Source: Mustelus asterias
Taxonomy: Eukaryota
Reading direction: 5' to 3'
DNA: 64,000 nucleotides
NCBI RefSeq assembly: GCF_964213995.1
Contig: NC_135808.1
Coordinates: forward strand, 85,994,001-86,058,000
Shown here: piece by piece, positions 23,675 through 35,948 of the stretch
How the letters are laid out: each line of letters opens with the position of its first letter
Numbering within the stretch: the first letter of the stretch is position 1
Program-made: the position numbers and the translations under genes
The notes under the pieces: model-generated
Seen by the model: the letters and a program-made list of their open reading frames with translations, nothing else
Told to the model about the DNA's origin: nothing
The model's database searches: none

Positions 23675-26600
23675 TTGTGCCAATAGTTTAACCAGAGAAG
23701 ACCATCTGTACCTGTGGGGACTGTAAACTGACGGTAAACCAGGCTGTGAGATTGGATAGATATCCCATTCCAAAATAGAATATCTATATTCATAGTTGGC
23801 TGCGGGTCTGGCATTTACCAAATTGGACATGAGCCACGCACCAAGAAGTTATATTACTATGAATACACAGAAAAGTCTGTATCAATATACATGTCTACCA
23901 TTTGGGGTTTCATCAGCTTGCGCCATTTTTCAGTGAACTATGGAGAGTTTGCTGCAGGAGTGGCCTAAAGTTGTCATTTATTTGGATGACGTCCTAATGA
24001 CAGGATCCACCAAGGAGAAACATTTGAAAAATTCGGATGAAGTTTTAAAAAGCTTCCAGAAAGCGGGAATGTGATTGAAAAGAGAGAAGTTCACTTTCCA
24101 AGCAGATGAGGTGGCTTATCTTGGTTATCGGGTCAATGCTTAAGGGTTACCCACAATGAAGGGCAAAGCGAAAGTGATTAGAGAGGCACCAACACCTCAG
24201 AACACCTCAGAATTCAGATCCTTCCTAAAGATGGTTAATTATTATGGGTGGCTCCTCCAAAATCTTTCAACTTTGCTCTCTCCGTTACACGTGTTGTTGA
24301 AGAAACACCAAAGATGATACTGGAAAACTTCACAAAAAGAGGCTTTTAACTAAGTTAAACAAGCACTACAATTTTCAAGTTTATTAGTGCATTTTGACCA
24401 CTAAGAAGATAGTACTTCCATGTGATGCATCACCATATGGAGTTGGGGCTTTATCATCCCATGCAATGGAAGATGGGATGATAAAGCCCCAACTCTGAGA
24501 GACCCATAGGATGTGTATCAAGAACACTATCTGATGCGGAAAGACAGAACTCCCAGAAAGAAAAAGAAAGCCTAGCTGTTATCTTCGGCATCAAGAAGTT
24601 TCACCAATACATTTATAGGAAACATTTTACTATCATAACAGATCATAAGTTGTTTCTAGGACTATTCAGGGAGGACAATCGATTCCACCAATTGCATAGT
24701 GATGGGCACTCTTCTTGTCGGCTTATGAATATACCTCCCAACATTGACCAGGGGCTCACGTATCCAATGCAAATGTCTTAAGTCGTCTTACTGCACAAGA
24801 GATTGTAATGGCTTTAAACTTTCTGGACTCTTTACCTGCAACAGCATGACAAATTTAGTACTGGACTAATAAATATGCACTGTTATCAAAAATTAACCAT
24901 ATGATACTGCATGGATGGTGGATTGAGAGTGTTTCAGAGGAAATGAAGCCTTATCAGATCAGGAAGCATGAGCTCAATTGTGTGGATGGCATCATCCTTT
25001 GGGGAACAAGAGTGGAAGAGGATTATTGCCTGAGGAATTTCATAGTGCCCATCTGGGTGTGCCGAAGATGAAAGTGCGATCAAGAAGCTATATCTAATGG
25101 TCTCGCATTAATGCTGCAGTCAAAAGGGGTGTCAAACAATGCGATCAGTGCCAGTTCCAGCAAAAGCTACCAGCTACAGCCCCCTGCATCAGGTCGGCCA
25201 TGGGTAAAAGTTCACATGGATTACATTGGCTCATTTAAGGGCACAATGCTCCTTTTGTTAGTGGATGCCCATTTGAAATGGGTGGAAGTATTTGGAATGA
25301 GGTCCGCGACTTCACACGCCACACTTGAGAAGCTGCACCAATGTTTCGCCATCCATGACATCCCAGAAATACGTGTGAACGCTGTTCCATTGTCTGAGAC
25401 AAGTTCTGAGTTCCAGAAGTTCATGGCCTTCAATGGAATAAAACATATCCATACAGCACCATATTACCCTTCATCAAATGAGCTGGCTGAATGCAGAGTG
25501 CGAACATTCAAGGCCAGTGTGAAAAAGCAAACACCTGCTTGATTAGAAACTGAAATGGTATGTTTTCTGCTAGCTTATAGAACCATCCTGCATACTACTA
25601 TTGGAATAGCTTTAGCCGAGCTGTTAATGGGCCAACGCTTAAGGACCAGGTTGAACCTGGTAGTTCTGAATTTGGTGGAGAACATGGAGGCAAGACAGAG
25701 ATGGCAGCAAAGGAACCATGATTTGCCAAAAGTAGAAAGAGCATTTGAAATAGATGATCCAGTCTTTGTGAAGAATTTTGGAAGTGGACCAAATTGGGAC
25801 TCAGGAGTTGTGGTGGCCAGGATGGGGGCACTGTCTTATGAGGTGAAACTGTAGGACAAATTAATGAAGAAACACATTGATTATTTGAGAAGGCAAGAGC
25901 CATCTGAAGAATCAAAGCTATTGCCTGATCCAATTATGCCAGCAAGAGGTGGTGTTGTTTGTCCAGAAGATGAAATGGCTGATCAGTCAGTAGTAGACCA
26001 AAGTGCTGCTCCCAGTGAAACCAAGGAAGAGGAGGCACAGATTCCAGAGGAGAGTCCTGATGAAGCAAGTTCAACCAAACCTACCTCAAACAGTTGAGCT
26101 ATGTCGCTCCCATTTGAAAGCATGTAAGTTATGGAAATTATGGTCCAAATCTTTGGTCTGTGGATCACATGTGGAAGTCCTGATGCAAAACCTTTGTGGG
26201 AATTGGCCAGGAAGTTTAAACTTCCAATGAGCAATTCTGCTGCTCCCGTGGACCCTGTACAGAAGTTTCTGGCTTTGACCTAGAGTCGGAGATCAGGGAC
26301 AGATCCGTGGTACTTACCTGGATAGTTGCCTCAGAAACATTAGACAGTTTAACATCGAGTGTAACACTTGGGTAACTACCCAACTGACCCGCCAATTACA
26401 CCCTCTGACTAACCTCAATCCCAACTCCTGACTACACCCAACTGTCCCCCCGAACCAGACCTGACCTTCCCCCTGACCTAATTGCCCACCAGAACATACC
26501 TGACTGACCCCAACAGCTCAATTACTATCCCCTCCAACCTGACTATCATCCAACCAGCTGACCACCCTTGGCACAACTATGCCCCACTACCCCCCAACAA

Positions 26601-26909
26601 TGTGACTACTTACCCTACCCACCACTCACCCATCCTATCCCTGTCAGCCATGTAACTGTCACATCCACCTCGCTCCTGGCCCCCCCTCACCACCTACTCA
26701 TCATCTAGTCATCCACTCACTCATTTACTTTCAATCATTACTGCTGGACCATTACTTAACAGAATACAGCATGTCTTGTTGCTGTGTGTTTCCAACATTT
26801 TCAGTTTTTATTTCAGATTTCAAGCATTTACAGTACTTTGTCTTTGGCTTGTTTTGTGACTGTTCTTCCCTGCATTCTGCATCCCAGTTAAATTTCCAGA
26901 TTTTCTTTT

Positions 26910-27253
26910 AGAAACATAGAAACATAGAAACCATACAGTGCAGAAGGAGGCCATTCGGCCCATCGAGTCTGCACCGACCACAATCCCACCCAGGCCCTAC
27001 CCCCACATATTTACCCGCTAATCCCACTAACCTACGCATCTCAGGACTCTAAGGGACAATTTTTAACCTGGCCAATCAACCTAACCCGCACATCTTTGGA
27101 CTGTGGGAGGAAACCGGAGCACCCGGAGGAAACCCACGCAGACACGAGGAGAATGTGCAAACTCTACACAGACAGTGACCCGAGCTGGGAATCGAACCCG
27201 GGACCCTGGAGCTGTGAAGCAGCAGTGCTAACCACTGTGCTACCGTGCCGCCC
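26910..27253 (-). mobile_element. Full-length, young HE1-like V-SINE
   Basis: Intact A/B boxes (tagcacagtgg, ggttcgattcc), V-domain, (tttctatg)n tail and CpGs largely retained. Confidence 0.93.
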
Positions 27254-27618
27254 TTTTGCTACATTAATGACATAATTAGTATGATCACCCAGATTAAGCT
27301 CATGGAGGAAATTTGTTATTGATGTTCTGCTTAACAGCCATTATTTTTTATTCATTTTTTCGTCAAAAGAACACACAATTTTTTTTCAGTTTGAAACAGG
27401 AATCTATGAGTTAGCCAGAATCGCTTTCAGTACAAAATGTTTTGTGAGCGAGAGGTGAGAGAGAGCCAGGTGGCATATGAGGGAATGCAAGTCATGCATT
27501 GAAAAAATAAATGTTCAATCAACAAGCAAAGAAACAACGTTATACTCTAGTTTGTTCTGCCTGGACCTTCAATTTGATAAATAACCTTAAAGGTCTTATT
27601 TTCACATATTCTCAGTTC

Positions 27619-27925
27619 TTTTTTTTAAATCCAATTCAATCAAATCAAGTCCAATTCAGAGTCTCAACAAGTTGAGACATTCCCGATCCAAGCTGACAAG
27701 ACAGGGCTCTCACCTCCTGTCTTGGGCTTGATCTACATGATCCAAGCTGATTGGAGTAGGCATTGCACCTCCTCCAAGGCTTGATCTCATTTGCATCTTA
27801 GCCAAAAGGCCGAGATGCCGCTTTAAAAAATTGCTTCAAATGAAGCTAAAATGCAACCTAATGACTTCAATCAAGTACAGAATGTCGATACTACACTTGA
27901 TCTTAGCCAAAAGGCCGAGGAGCAA
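27619..27925 (-). mobile_element. U2 snRNA-headed retroposed element (candidate U2-derived SINE / chimeric retrocopy)
   Basis: 27925-27887 matches U2 nt ~2-40 (ctcggccttttggctaagatcaagtgtagtatc); second U2 stem-loop I copy at 27793-27818; A8 tail; direct repeat (a)gttctt at 27614-27620 and 27925-27931. Confidence 0.8.
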
Positions 27926-28302
27926 GTTCTTGATGTGTGATTTTTTGTAGTGCCTTAATTTTCTGCTATTATCCATCTCCCCCTTCATTTTAAGCAGAAG
28001 TACAGGTGAACCAAATGAATTTTTATGCTGATAATGTGTTTTCTAATTTACACATGCAACATTAGTGGGTCACTCCAGGTACACAGGTTTGTTAGAGTGG
28101 AAAAAAACAAATATGTCTTAAATACCCCAAATATGTCTTAAATTCGGGCAGCATGGTCGGTGCAGGCTTGGAGGGCCGAAGGGCCTGTTCCTGTGCTGTA
28201 ATTTTCTTTGTACTCTTTGTACTGGCAAATTGCTAAAACCAGCTTGCTTAAATTGCACAAGATAATTTTGAGAGAGAAAAGTCATTCAACCTATATCAAG
28301 TC

Positions 28303-28582
28303 ATTTATTTATTAGTGTCACAATTCACATTAACACTGCAATGAAGTTATTGCGAAAATCCCCTTGTCGCCACACTGCAACACCAGTTCAGCTACACTGA
28401 GGGAGAATTTAGCATGGCCAATGCACTTAACCAGCATGTCTTTCGGACCGTGGGAAGAAACCCACACAGACCCAGGAAGAACATACGGACCCCACACAGA
28501 CAGTGACCCAAGCTGGGAATCAAACCCAGATCCCTGGCGCTGTGAGGCAGCAGTACTAACCACTGTGCCACCATGCCGCCCA
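28303..28582 (-). mobile_element. V-SINE with the alternative tail
   Basis: Head gggcggcatggtggcacagtggttag; tail gtgtggcgacaagggga...cttcattgcagtgttaatgt...ctaataaa. Confidence 0.88.
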
Positions 28583-28640
28583 TAAAGAAGGAACAGAATG
28601 TGTAGGAGACTAGTGTCGCGGTGAAGTAACAAGGTTGCAT

Positions 28641-28712
28641 TTCCCTGACCGAGAATCAAACCCAGGCTGCGGCGATAAAAGCACTGAATCCTAACCACTA
28701 GACCACTAGAGA
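28641..28712 (-). pseudogene. tRNA-Glu pseudogene
   Basis: 72 nt colinear with vertebrate tRNA-Glu (TCCCTGGTGGTCTAGTGGTTAGGATTCGGCGCTYTCACCGCCGCGGCCCGGGTTCGATTCCCGGTCAGGGAA) with ~10 transitions, including the anticodon and the T-loop C. Confidence 0.85.
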
Positions 28713-29330
28713 ACCAGATTCATCCATCTAAAGAAGTTTAACATGCCTCCTATAGTAATATTCAATTGTTTCTTAAATAATTCGAGGATTATTACCTCCG
28801 CTGCTGTATCTGAAAGTTTATTCAACATGATGATCCTTCTTTATGTGAAGGACAACTTCATAATAGCTCTCCTAAAAATAATAGCCTCTGGTTTGACCTG
28901 TTCTGATCTTGCAGTTTAATTTAAACTAAAATTCGAAGTTACTTTTTTCTTAACAATCATACAACTCTCATAAAACCGACACTTAATCATTCTCATAACT
29001 CAAATGTCAGACACTGGAATCTTTTCTGCACTGACTCCAATACTTCAATATTTCTTTCTTGGCAACAAGAGCATACAAGACGTGGTCTTACTGGAGCTAT
29101 ATAAGTTGTATTGTATAACAGGTAGTAGAGTCAAGTTATTTAAATTGCATAAACAAATACAATCTTTTTGCAGCCTACAACATCTTCAAACATCTTGCAA
29201 AATAACCTTAAATAAAATATCACATGCAAACAGGTCAAATAATGTGATAAAATGGTGTTGAAATAGTTAACAGTTGACGTGGAAAGAAATAATGAGACCT
29301 TAGTACATTTGTCAAATTAGGAAGTGAATT

Positions 29331-31100
29331 ATAAGACCATAAGACCAGAAGACATAGGAGCGGAAGTAAGGCCATTCGGCCCATCGAGTCCACTCCACCA
29401 TTCAATCATGGTTGATTTCAACTCCATTTACCCGCTCTCTCCCCATAGCCCTTAATTCCTCGAGAAATCAAGAATTTATCAATTTCTGTCTTGAAGACGC
29501 TCAACGTCTCGGCCTCCACAGCCCTCTGTGGCAATGAATTCCACAGACCTACCACTCTCTGGCTGAAGAAATTTCTCCTCATCTCTGTTCTAAAGTGACT
29601 CCCTTTTATTCTAAGGCTGTGCCCCCGCGTCCTAGTCTCCCCTGCTAATGGAAACAACTTCCCTACGTCCATCCTATCTAAGCCGTTCATTATCTTGTAA
29701 GTCTCTATCAGATCTCCCCTCAACCTCCTAAACTCCAATGAATATAATCCCACGATCCTCAGACGTTCATCGTATGTCAGGCCTACCATTCCTGGGATCA
29801 TCCGTGTGAATCTCCGCTGGACCCGCTCCAGTGCCAGTATGTCCTTCCTGAGGTGTGGGGCCCAAAATTGCTCACAGTACTCCAAATGGGGCCTAACCAG
29901 TGCTTTATAAAGCCTCAGAAGTACATCCCTGCTTTTGTATTCCAAGCCTCTTGAGATAAATGACAACATTACATTTGCTTTCTTAATTACGGACTCAACT
30001 TGCAAGTTTACCTTTAGAGAATCCTGGACTAGGACTCCCAAGTCCCTTTGCACTTTAGCATTATGAATTTTGTCACCGTTTAGAAAATAGTCCATGCCTC
30101 TATTCTTTTTTCCAAAGTGCACGACCTCGCACTTGCCCACGTTGAATTTCATCAGCCACTTCTTGGACCACTCTCCTAAACTGTCTAAATCTTTCTGCAG
30201 CCTCCCCACCTCCTCAGTACTACCTGCCCCTCCACCTATCTTTGTATCATCGGCAAACTTGGCCAGAATGCCCCCAGTCCCGTCATCTAGATCGTTAATA
30301 TATAAAGAGAACAGCTGTGGCCCCAACACTGAACCCTGCGGGACACCACTTGTCACCGGTTGCCATTCTGAGAAAGAACCTTTTATCCCAACTCTCTGCC
30401 TTCTGTCTGACAGCCAATCGTCAATCCAGGTTAGTACCTTGCCTCGAATACCATGGGCCCTTATTTTACTCAGCAGTCTCCCGTGAGGCACCTTGTCAAA
30501 GGCCTTTTGGAAGTCAAGATAGATAACATCCATTGGCTCTCCTTGGTCTAACCTATTTGTTATCTCTTCAAAGAACTCTAACAGGTTTGTCAGGCACGAC
30601 CTCCCCTTACTAAATCCATGCTGACTTGTCCTAATCCGACCCTGCACTTCCAAGAATTTAGAAATCTCATCCTTAACGATGGATTCTAGAATTTTGCCAA
30701 CAACTGAGGTTAGGCTAATTGGCCTATAATTTTCCATCTTTTTTCTTGTTCCCTTCTTGAACAGTGGGGTTACAACAGCGATTTTCCAATCCTCTGGGAC
30801 TTTCCCTGACTCCAGTGACTTTTGAAAGATCATAACTAACGCCTCCACTATTTCTTCAGCTATCTCCTTTAGAACTCTAGGATGTAGCCCATCTGGGCCC
30901 GGACATTTATCAATTTTCAGACCTTTTAGTTTCTCTAGCACTTTCTCCTTTGTGATGGCAACCATATGCAACTCTGCCCCCTGACTTTCCTGAATTGTTG
31001 GGATATTACTCATGTCTTCTACTGTGAAGACTGACGCAAAGTACTTATTAAGTTCCTCAGCTATTTCCTTGTCTCCCATCACTAGATTACCAGCGTCATT
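29331..31100 (-). mobile_element. CR1 LINE, 5'-truncated, with an uninterrupted RT ORF (562 aa)
   Basis: ORF 29418..31106 has all RT motifs (NYRPISL, DFQKAFDKV, PQGSVLGP, FADD); (ggtcttat)n tail; attata at both ends. Confidence 0.96.
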
Positions 31101-32887
31101 ATACATCCAAAACAGTGAAATTTAAGTCAGAGAAGATAATAGTTGAGCATTATGATACATATCTCCTCCTATGGCTCAGCTAGCTCTCGTTGAGATCAAA
31201 TAATTCAACACGGATATGGTTTGCCAGTCCAAGCATATTGATGGTCTGTTTGGTTCTACCCAAATTGGTCAATAGCTTTACCAGTGAATCTTCCGGAGAG
31301 TCATTGACATTCATTCTTCAAAGTAAATTTGTGCTTCTTATTTCACAAGTTGTGGAAAGTCCTGAGTATTCCACAGAGACAATTTAGATCAAATCCAGCA
31401 GTGTAATCATCTTTTTCTGTTGCTTTTCCATTCCCTATTCATTAGGAAATAAGCAGATCAGAATCTCAGGAAATAGTATTATTCAAAACGGACTGAATTT
31501 CTAAAAATGTAGTTAAGTATGCCTTCCCCTTCTGGAATAACACATTGTGAAAGAACATTGAAAACTCAGGGATTTTTGGCAATACTGACTTTTATACTCG
31601 AGTATTTATGATTATAGTCATACAAAATAATGCAATTAAAATGTCACTGTAAGTTTACAATTTTCTATATGAAAATAGACTTTATTTTTCTTAAAATTTA
31701 GTGCAAATTATTTTCAAATATCCCTTGATCATAATTTCTGGCTTGCTTTTGTTCTTTTATTGTTGGCTAAAAGGCGCTGCACTTTTACCTTTCTTCTCCT
31801 TTAAAGATTAGCCTTGAACATAACTTCACAAAGTGAGCAATGTGCTTTCCAAAGTGCCAAATCTCAGCTATCCAACCACTTCATAAACTTCAGACAGTGC
31901 GTCCTTTTCTATTGTTTAAGAATATGGTGACCACAACATGCAGTTAAGGAAGCATGGTTAATCATAACAGAAATGGTTGTGATGCAAGTAGGGTGTACTG
32001 ATTGATTTAAAATAAACAATGAGACCAAAATTCCAAGGCCGCACTGGTATTGCGGGAGTGGACATTGGATACAGGAGTCCTAATGGGGAGTAACAGGATC
32101 AGGCTCATTGAGAATGCCACCCATTGGCAAATTGCACAGTAGCCTGTTTGAGACAGGGCTATTTGCTGCTCTGTACATGGCCTTTGATTTCCAGGAGGGT
32201 GGAGCTGATGGGGTAAGTTCCACTACCAGAAGTTTGCTTGCTCCTGGCTTCTAATGTTCAGTGAGTGACCTGCCCTATAACACTTCACCAAAGCAGCAAT
32301 TTTTCATTAAATTTTGTACTGAGCATTATAAAACTATTGACCCAGTGCAAAGATTGCCCAAACTGGTGAGCTGCCTCCTTGAACTGCTGTATTACACAGT
32401 GCTGGTTGAGAAGCAGTTCAGGATTTTGACCTTACGAAGGTGAAAGATTGGCAATATAATTCCAAGTCAAGATGTGTATGGCTTGGAAGATAACTTGGGG
32501 TAGTGGTTTATCACTTAATTAGAGTGCGGTCTAAGATCAGAAATCAAGCATGTGTTTTCCCGAGTGATAATTTAATATCTGCGAAGAGTTGGTGAACAAA
32601 AATATTTGATGCTTATTATGCTACAAAGTAGAAATTTTTAACCTTTTTGTATATTGTCACTTTTTCCACCTGCAACTATTATGCTATGGCTATATTATTT
32701 GAATGGCCCTTTTTAAGGAGTACTTCTGTTCCCTGATGACTCACTAAGTAAGGGCAGCATCAGAGTGCCCAATATTGCTGGAGGTGAGCAATACAGTCCA
32801 GGCAGATCACAGATTTGATCACACATTTGTGCAGGATTGATCTCACCCAAACTACCAGTAAATCCTTGCACGACAGGACTTGCATAG

Positions 32888-33422
32888 AACATAGAACATA
32901 GAACATTACAGCGCAGAACAGGCCCTTCGGCCCACGATGTTGCACCGACCAGTTAAGGAAAAAAAAAACTGTGACCCTCCAACCTAAACCAATTTCTTTT
33001 CGTCCATGAACCTATCTACGGATCTCTTAAACGCCCCCAAACTAGGCGCATTTACAACTGATGCTGGCAGGGCATTCCAATCCCTCACCACCCTCTGGGT
33101 AAAGAACCTACCCCTGACATCGGTTCTATAACTACCCCCCCTCAATTTAAAGCCATGCCCCCTCGTGCTGGATTTCTCCATCAGAGGAAAAAGGCTATCA
33201 CTATCCACCCTATCTAAACCTCTAATCATCTTATATGTTTCAATAAGATCCCCTCTTAGCCGCCGCCTTTCCAGCGAAAACAATCCCAAATCCCTCAGCC
33301 TCTCCTCATAGGATCTCCCCTCCATACCAGGCAACATCCTGGTAAACCTCCTCTGCACCCTCTCCAAAGCCTCCACATCCTTCCTGTAATGTGGGGACCA
33401 GAACTGCACACAGTACTCCAAG
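32888..33422 (-). mobile_element. CR1 3' fragment with a 7-bp TSD
   Basis: HLEYCVQFWSPH...FFTQRVV..WN.LP; (gttctat)n tail; tgcatag at 32881-32887 and 33423-33429. Confidence 0.93.
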
Positions 33423-33644
33423 TGCATAGGGGGAAGAAAAAACATCAGTTGCTGTTTCTGCTCTCGGGAACCATATGTATGTGAGGTTGTCAGGTGAAGA
33501 GAGGATTAGACTTGACTGTGATATATTTTACAGTACAAAAAATTGCTAGGTTGCACTTGTTCCATATATTATTAAGCTCAGTTAGTGCATAAAAGTATCC
33601 CAGCATTTCTTAGTACTTTAATTAGGAGACAGAAAATTTATAGG

Positions 33645-34205
33645 ATTGTAGGATGTTTACAGCAGAGGAGTGAGCCATTCAGCCCTTCATGTCTCCATCG
33701 GCTGTGTGCAAGAGCAATTCGGTTACGGCCACTCCCCTGCCTTTTCCGTGTAGCCCTTCAATTATTGCCTCCTCAGATATTGGCACAATTCTCTTTTAAA
33801 AGCTACGATTGAATCTTCCCCCAGCATATTTTAAGGCATTGCATTCCAGATCCTAACCACTCACTGCGTTTAAAAAAAAAGATTTTACTTATGACGCTGT
33901 CACTTCTTTTGCCAATCACTTTAAATTTGTGTACTTCAATCCTTCCATTAATGTAAACCGTTTCTCCCTATCTATTCTGTCCAGACTGCTGTACACCTCT
34001 ATCAAATACCCTCTAAAACCTTCATATCGAAGGAGAACAGCTCAGGAACAGCAAACCTGGACACAATACTCCAGTTGAAGCCAAAGCAGTGTTTTATACA
34101 GGTTTATCGTAACTTCTTTGCTTTTGTACTCCGCGTCCTATGTCTAAAGCATAAGATGCTGTATGCTATATTAACTGCTCCCTGAACCTGCTCTGCAGCC
34201 TTAAA
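33645..34205 (-). mobile_element. Old CR1 3' fragment
   Basis: Decayed gtgagtggttaggatctggaatgc (VVRIWNA) and LYKTLL..QLEYCVQ motifs. Confidence 0.75.
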
Positions 34206-34214
34206 TGAGTTTTT

Positions 34215-35948
34215 AAAAATAAATTTAAGGGATGTGGGTATCACTGGCTAGACCAGCATTAATTGCCCATCCCTAGTTGCTCTTCAGAAGATGGTGGTGA
34301 GCTGCCTTCTTGAACCCCTGCAGTCCCTGAAGTGTACGTGCAACCACAGTGCTGTTAGGGAGGGAATTCCAGGATTTTGACCGAGCAGCAGTGAAGGAAT
34401 GGCAATATATTTCCAAGTCGGGATGGTGAATGACTTGGAGGGAAGCGTCCAGGTGGTGGTGTTCCTATGTATCTGTTGCTGTTGTCCTTCTAGATGGTAG
34501 TGGTAATGGGTTTGGAAGGTGCTGCCTAAGAAATCTTGGTGAGTGTATCTTGTAGATGGTACACATGGCTGCCACTGTTTTTCAGTGGTAGAAGCATTCC
34601 GTGGAATCCCTACAGTGCAGAAATAGGTCATTTGGCAGATTGAGTCTGGACCAACTCGCCAACTGACCGTCTTATCCAGCCCCAATCCCCCCTCCCCACC
34701 CTGCCCTATCCCTGTAACTCCACACATTTACCATGCTAATCCATCTAACCTACACATCTTGGGATACTATGGGGCAATTTAACACAGCCAGTCCACCTAA
34801 CCTGCACATCTAGGGACTGTGGGAAGAAACTAGAATAAACCCACACAGACACTGGGAGAACGTGCAAACTCCACACAGCCAGTCACCCAAGTCCAGAAAT
34901 GAACCTGGGTCCCTGGCAATGTGTGGCAGCAGTTCTAACCACTGTGCCATCATAACTGCCCTTGTGCCACCATCACCGTGTTTGTGGAAGGAATTGCAAT
35001 CAAGAGGATTGCTTTTGTCCTGGATGGTGTCAAGCTTTTTTTGGAGTGTTTTGGACATGCACTCATCCAGGCAAGTGGAGAGTTTTCCATTACACTCCTG
35101 ACATATGCCTTGTAGATGGTGGACAGCTTTGGCGAAGTCAGGAGGTGAGTTATTCACTGCAGAATTCCTAGCCTTTGACCTGCTCTGGTATCCACAGTAT
35201 TTATATGGCTAGTTCAAAACAGTTTCTGGTCAATGGTACCTCCCAGAATGTTGATAGTGGGTAATGTCATTAAATGTCAAGGGCTAATGCTTAAATCCTC
35301 TCTTGTTGGAGATGATCATTGCTTGGCACTTGTGTGGTACAAATGTTACTTGCTACTTGCCAACCCAAGTCTGGATATTGTCCAGGTTTTGCATCTGGAC
35401 ATGAACTGCTTTATTATCTGAGGAGTCGTGAATGGTGCAGAACATTGTGCAGTTATTTGCAAACATCCCCACTTCTGACTTTATGATGGAAGAAAGGTTA
35501 TTGATGAAGCAGCTGATGATGATTGGCTGTAGGACACTACCCTGAGGAACTTCTGCAGTGATGTCTTAGAGCTGAGATGGCTGACCTTCAATCACCACAA
35601 CCATCTGCCTATGTGCTAGTTATGACTCCAACCAGTGGAGAGTTTTCCTCCTGATCCCCATTGACTCCAGTTTTGCTAGGGCTTTTTGATGCCATACTTT
35701 GTCAAGTGCTGCCTTGATGTCAGGGGCAGTCACTCTCACCTCACATCTGGCATTCAGCTCTTTTGTCCATATTTGAACCAAGACTGTATTGAGGTCAGGA
35801 GCTGAGTAACCCTGGCAGAACCTAAACTGAGTATCGGTGAGCAGGTTATTGCTGAGCAAGTGCCACTTGATAGCACTGATGATGACTCCTTTCATTACCT
35901 AGCTGATGATTGAGCATAGATTGATGGGATGGTAATTGGCCGGGTTGG
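34215..35948 (-). mobile_element. CR1/L2-type LINE fragment (second family) interrupted by an HE1-like SINE at ~34596-34950
   Basis: ORF 35620..35895 (HLLSNNLLTD.QF.F.QG.SAPDL...DIKAA.DKVWH..L.KL); cactgt duplicated around the inserted segment. Confidence 0.82.

Larger units (their letters stand above)
22350..26095 (+). mobile_element. Decayed Gypsy/Ty3 LTR retrotransposon (probable 5' LTR, gag remnant, RT, RNase H, integrase) carrying nested CR1 and SINE insertions
   Basis: gag MPLIGKLEAFN...W..YVE at ~23027; RT YPIPKIE, LPFGVSSACAIFQ and YLDD (~23760-23990); RNase H CDASPYGVG and EKE.LAVIFGIKKFHQY; integrase RPWVKVHMDYIG, VDAHLKW and TAPYYPSSN.LAE. No 3' LTR found. Confidence 0.9.

Noticed and set aside
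25111-26097. Domesticated integrase gene
   Set aside because: Stops and frameshifts throughout, and the region around the second catalytic Asp is scrambled; consistent with neutral decay.
27887-27926. Functional U2 snRNA gene
   Set aside because: Only the first ~40 nt are present; there is no Sm site or 3' stem-loops, and it has substitutions plus an A-tail/TSD context.
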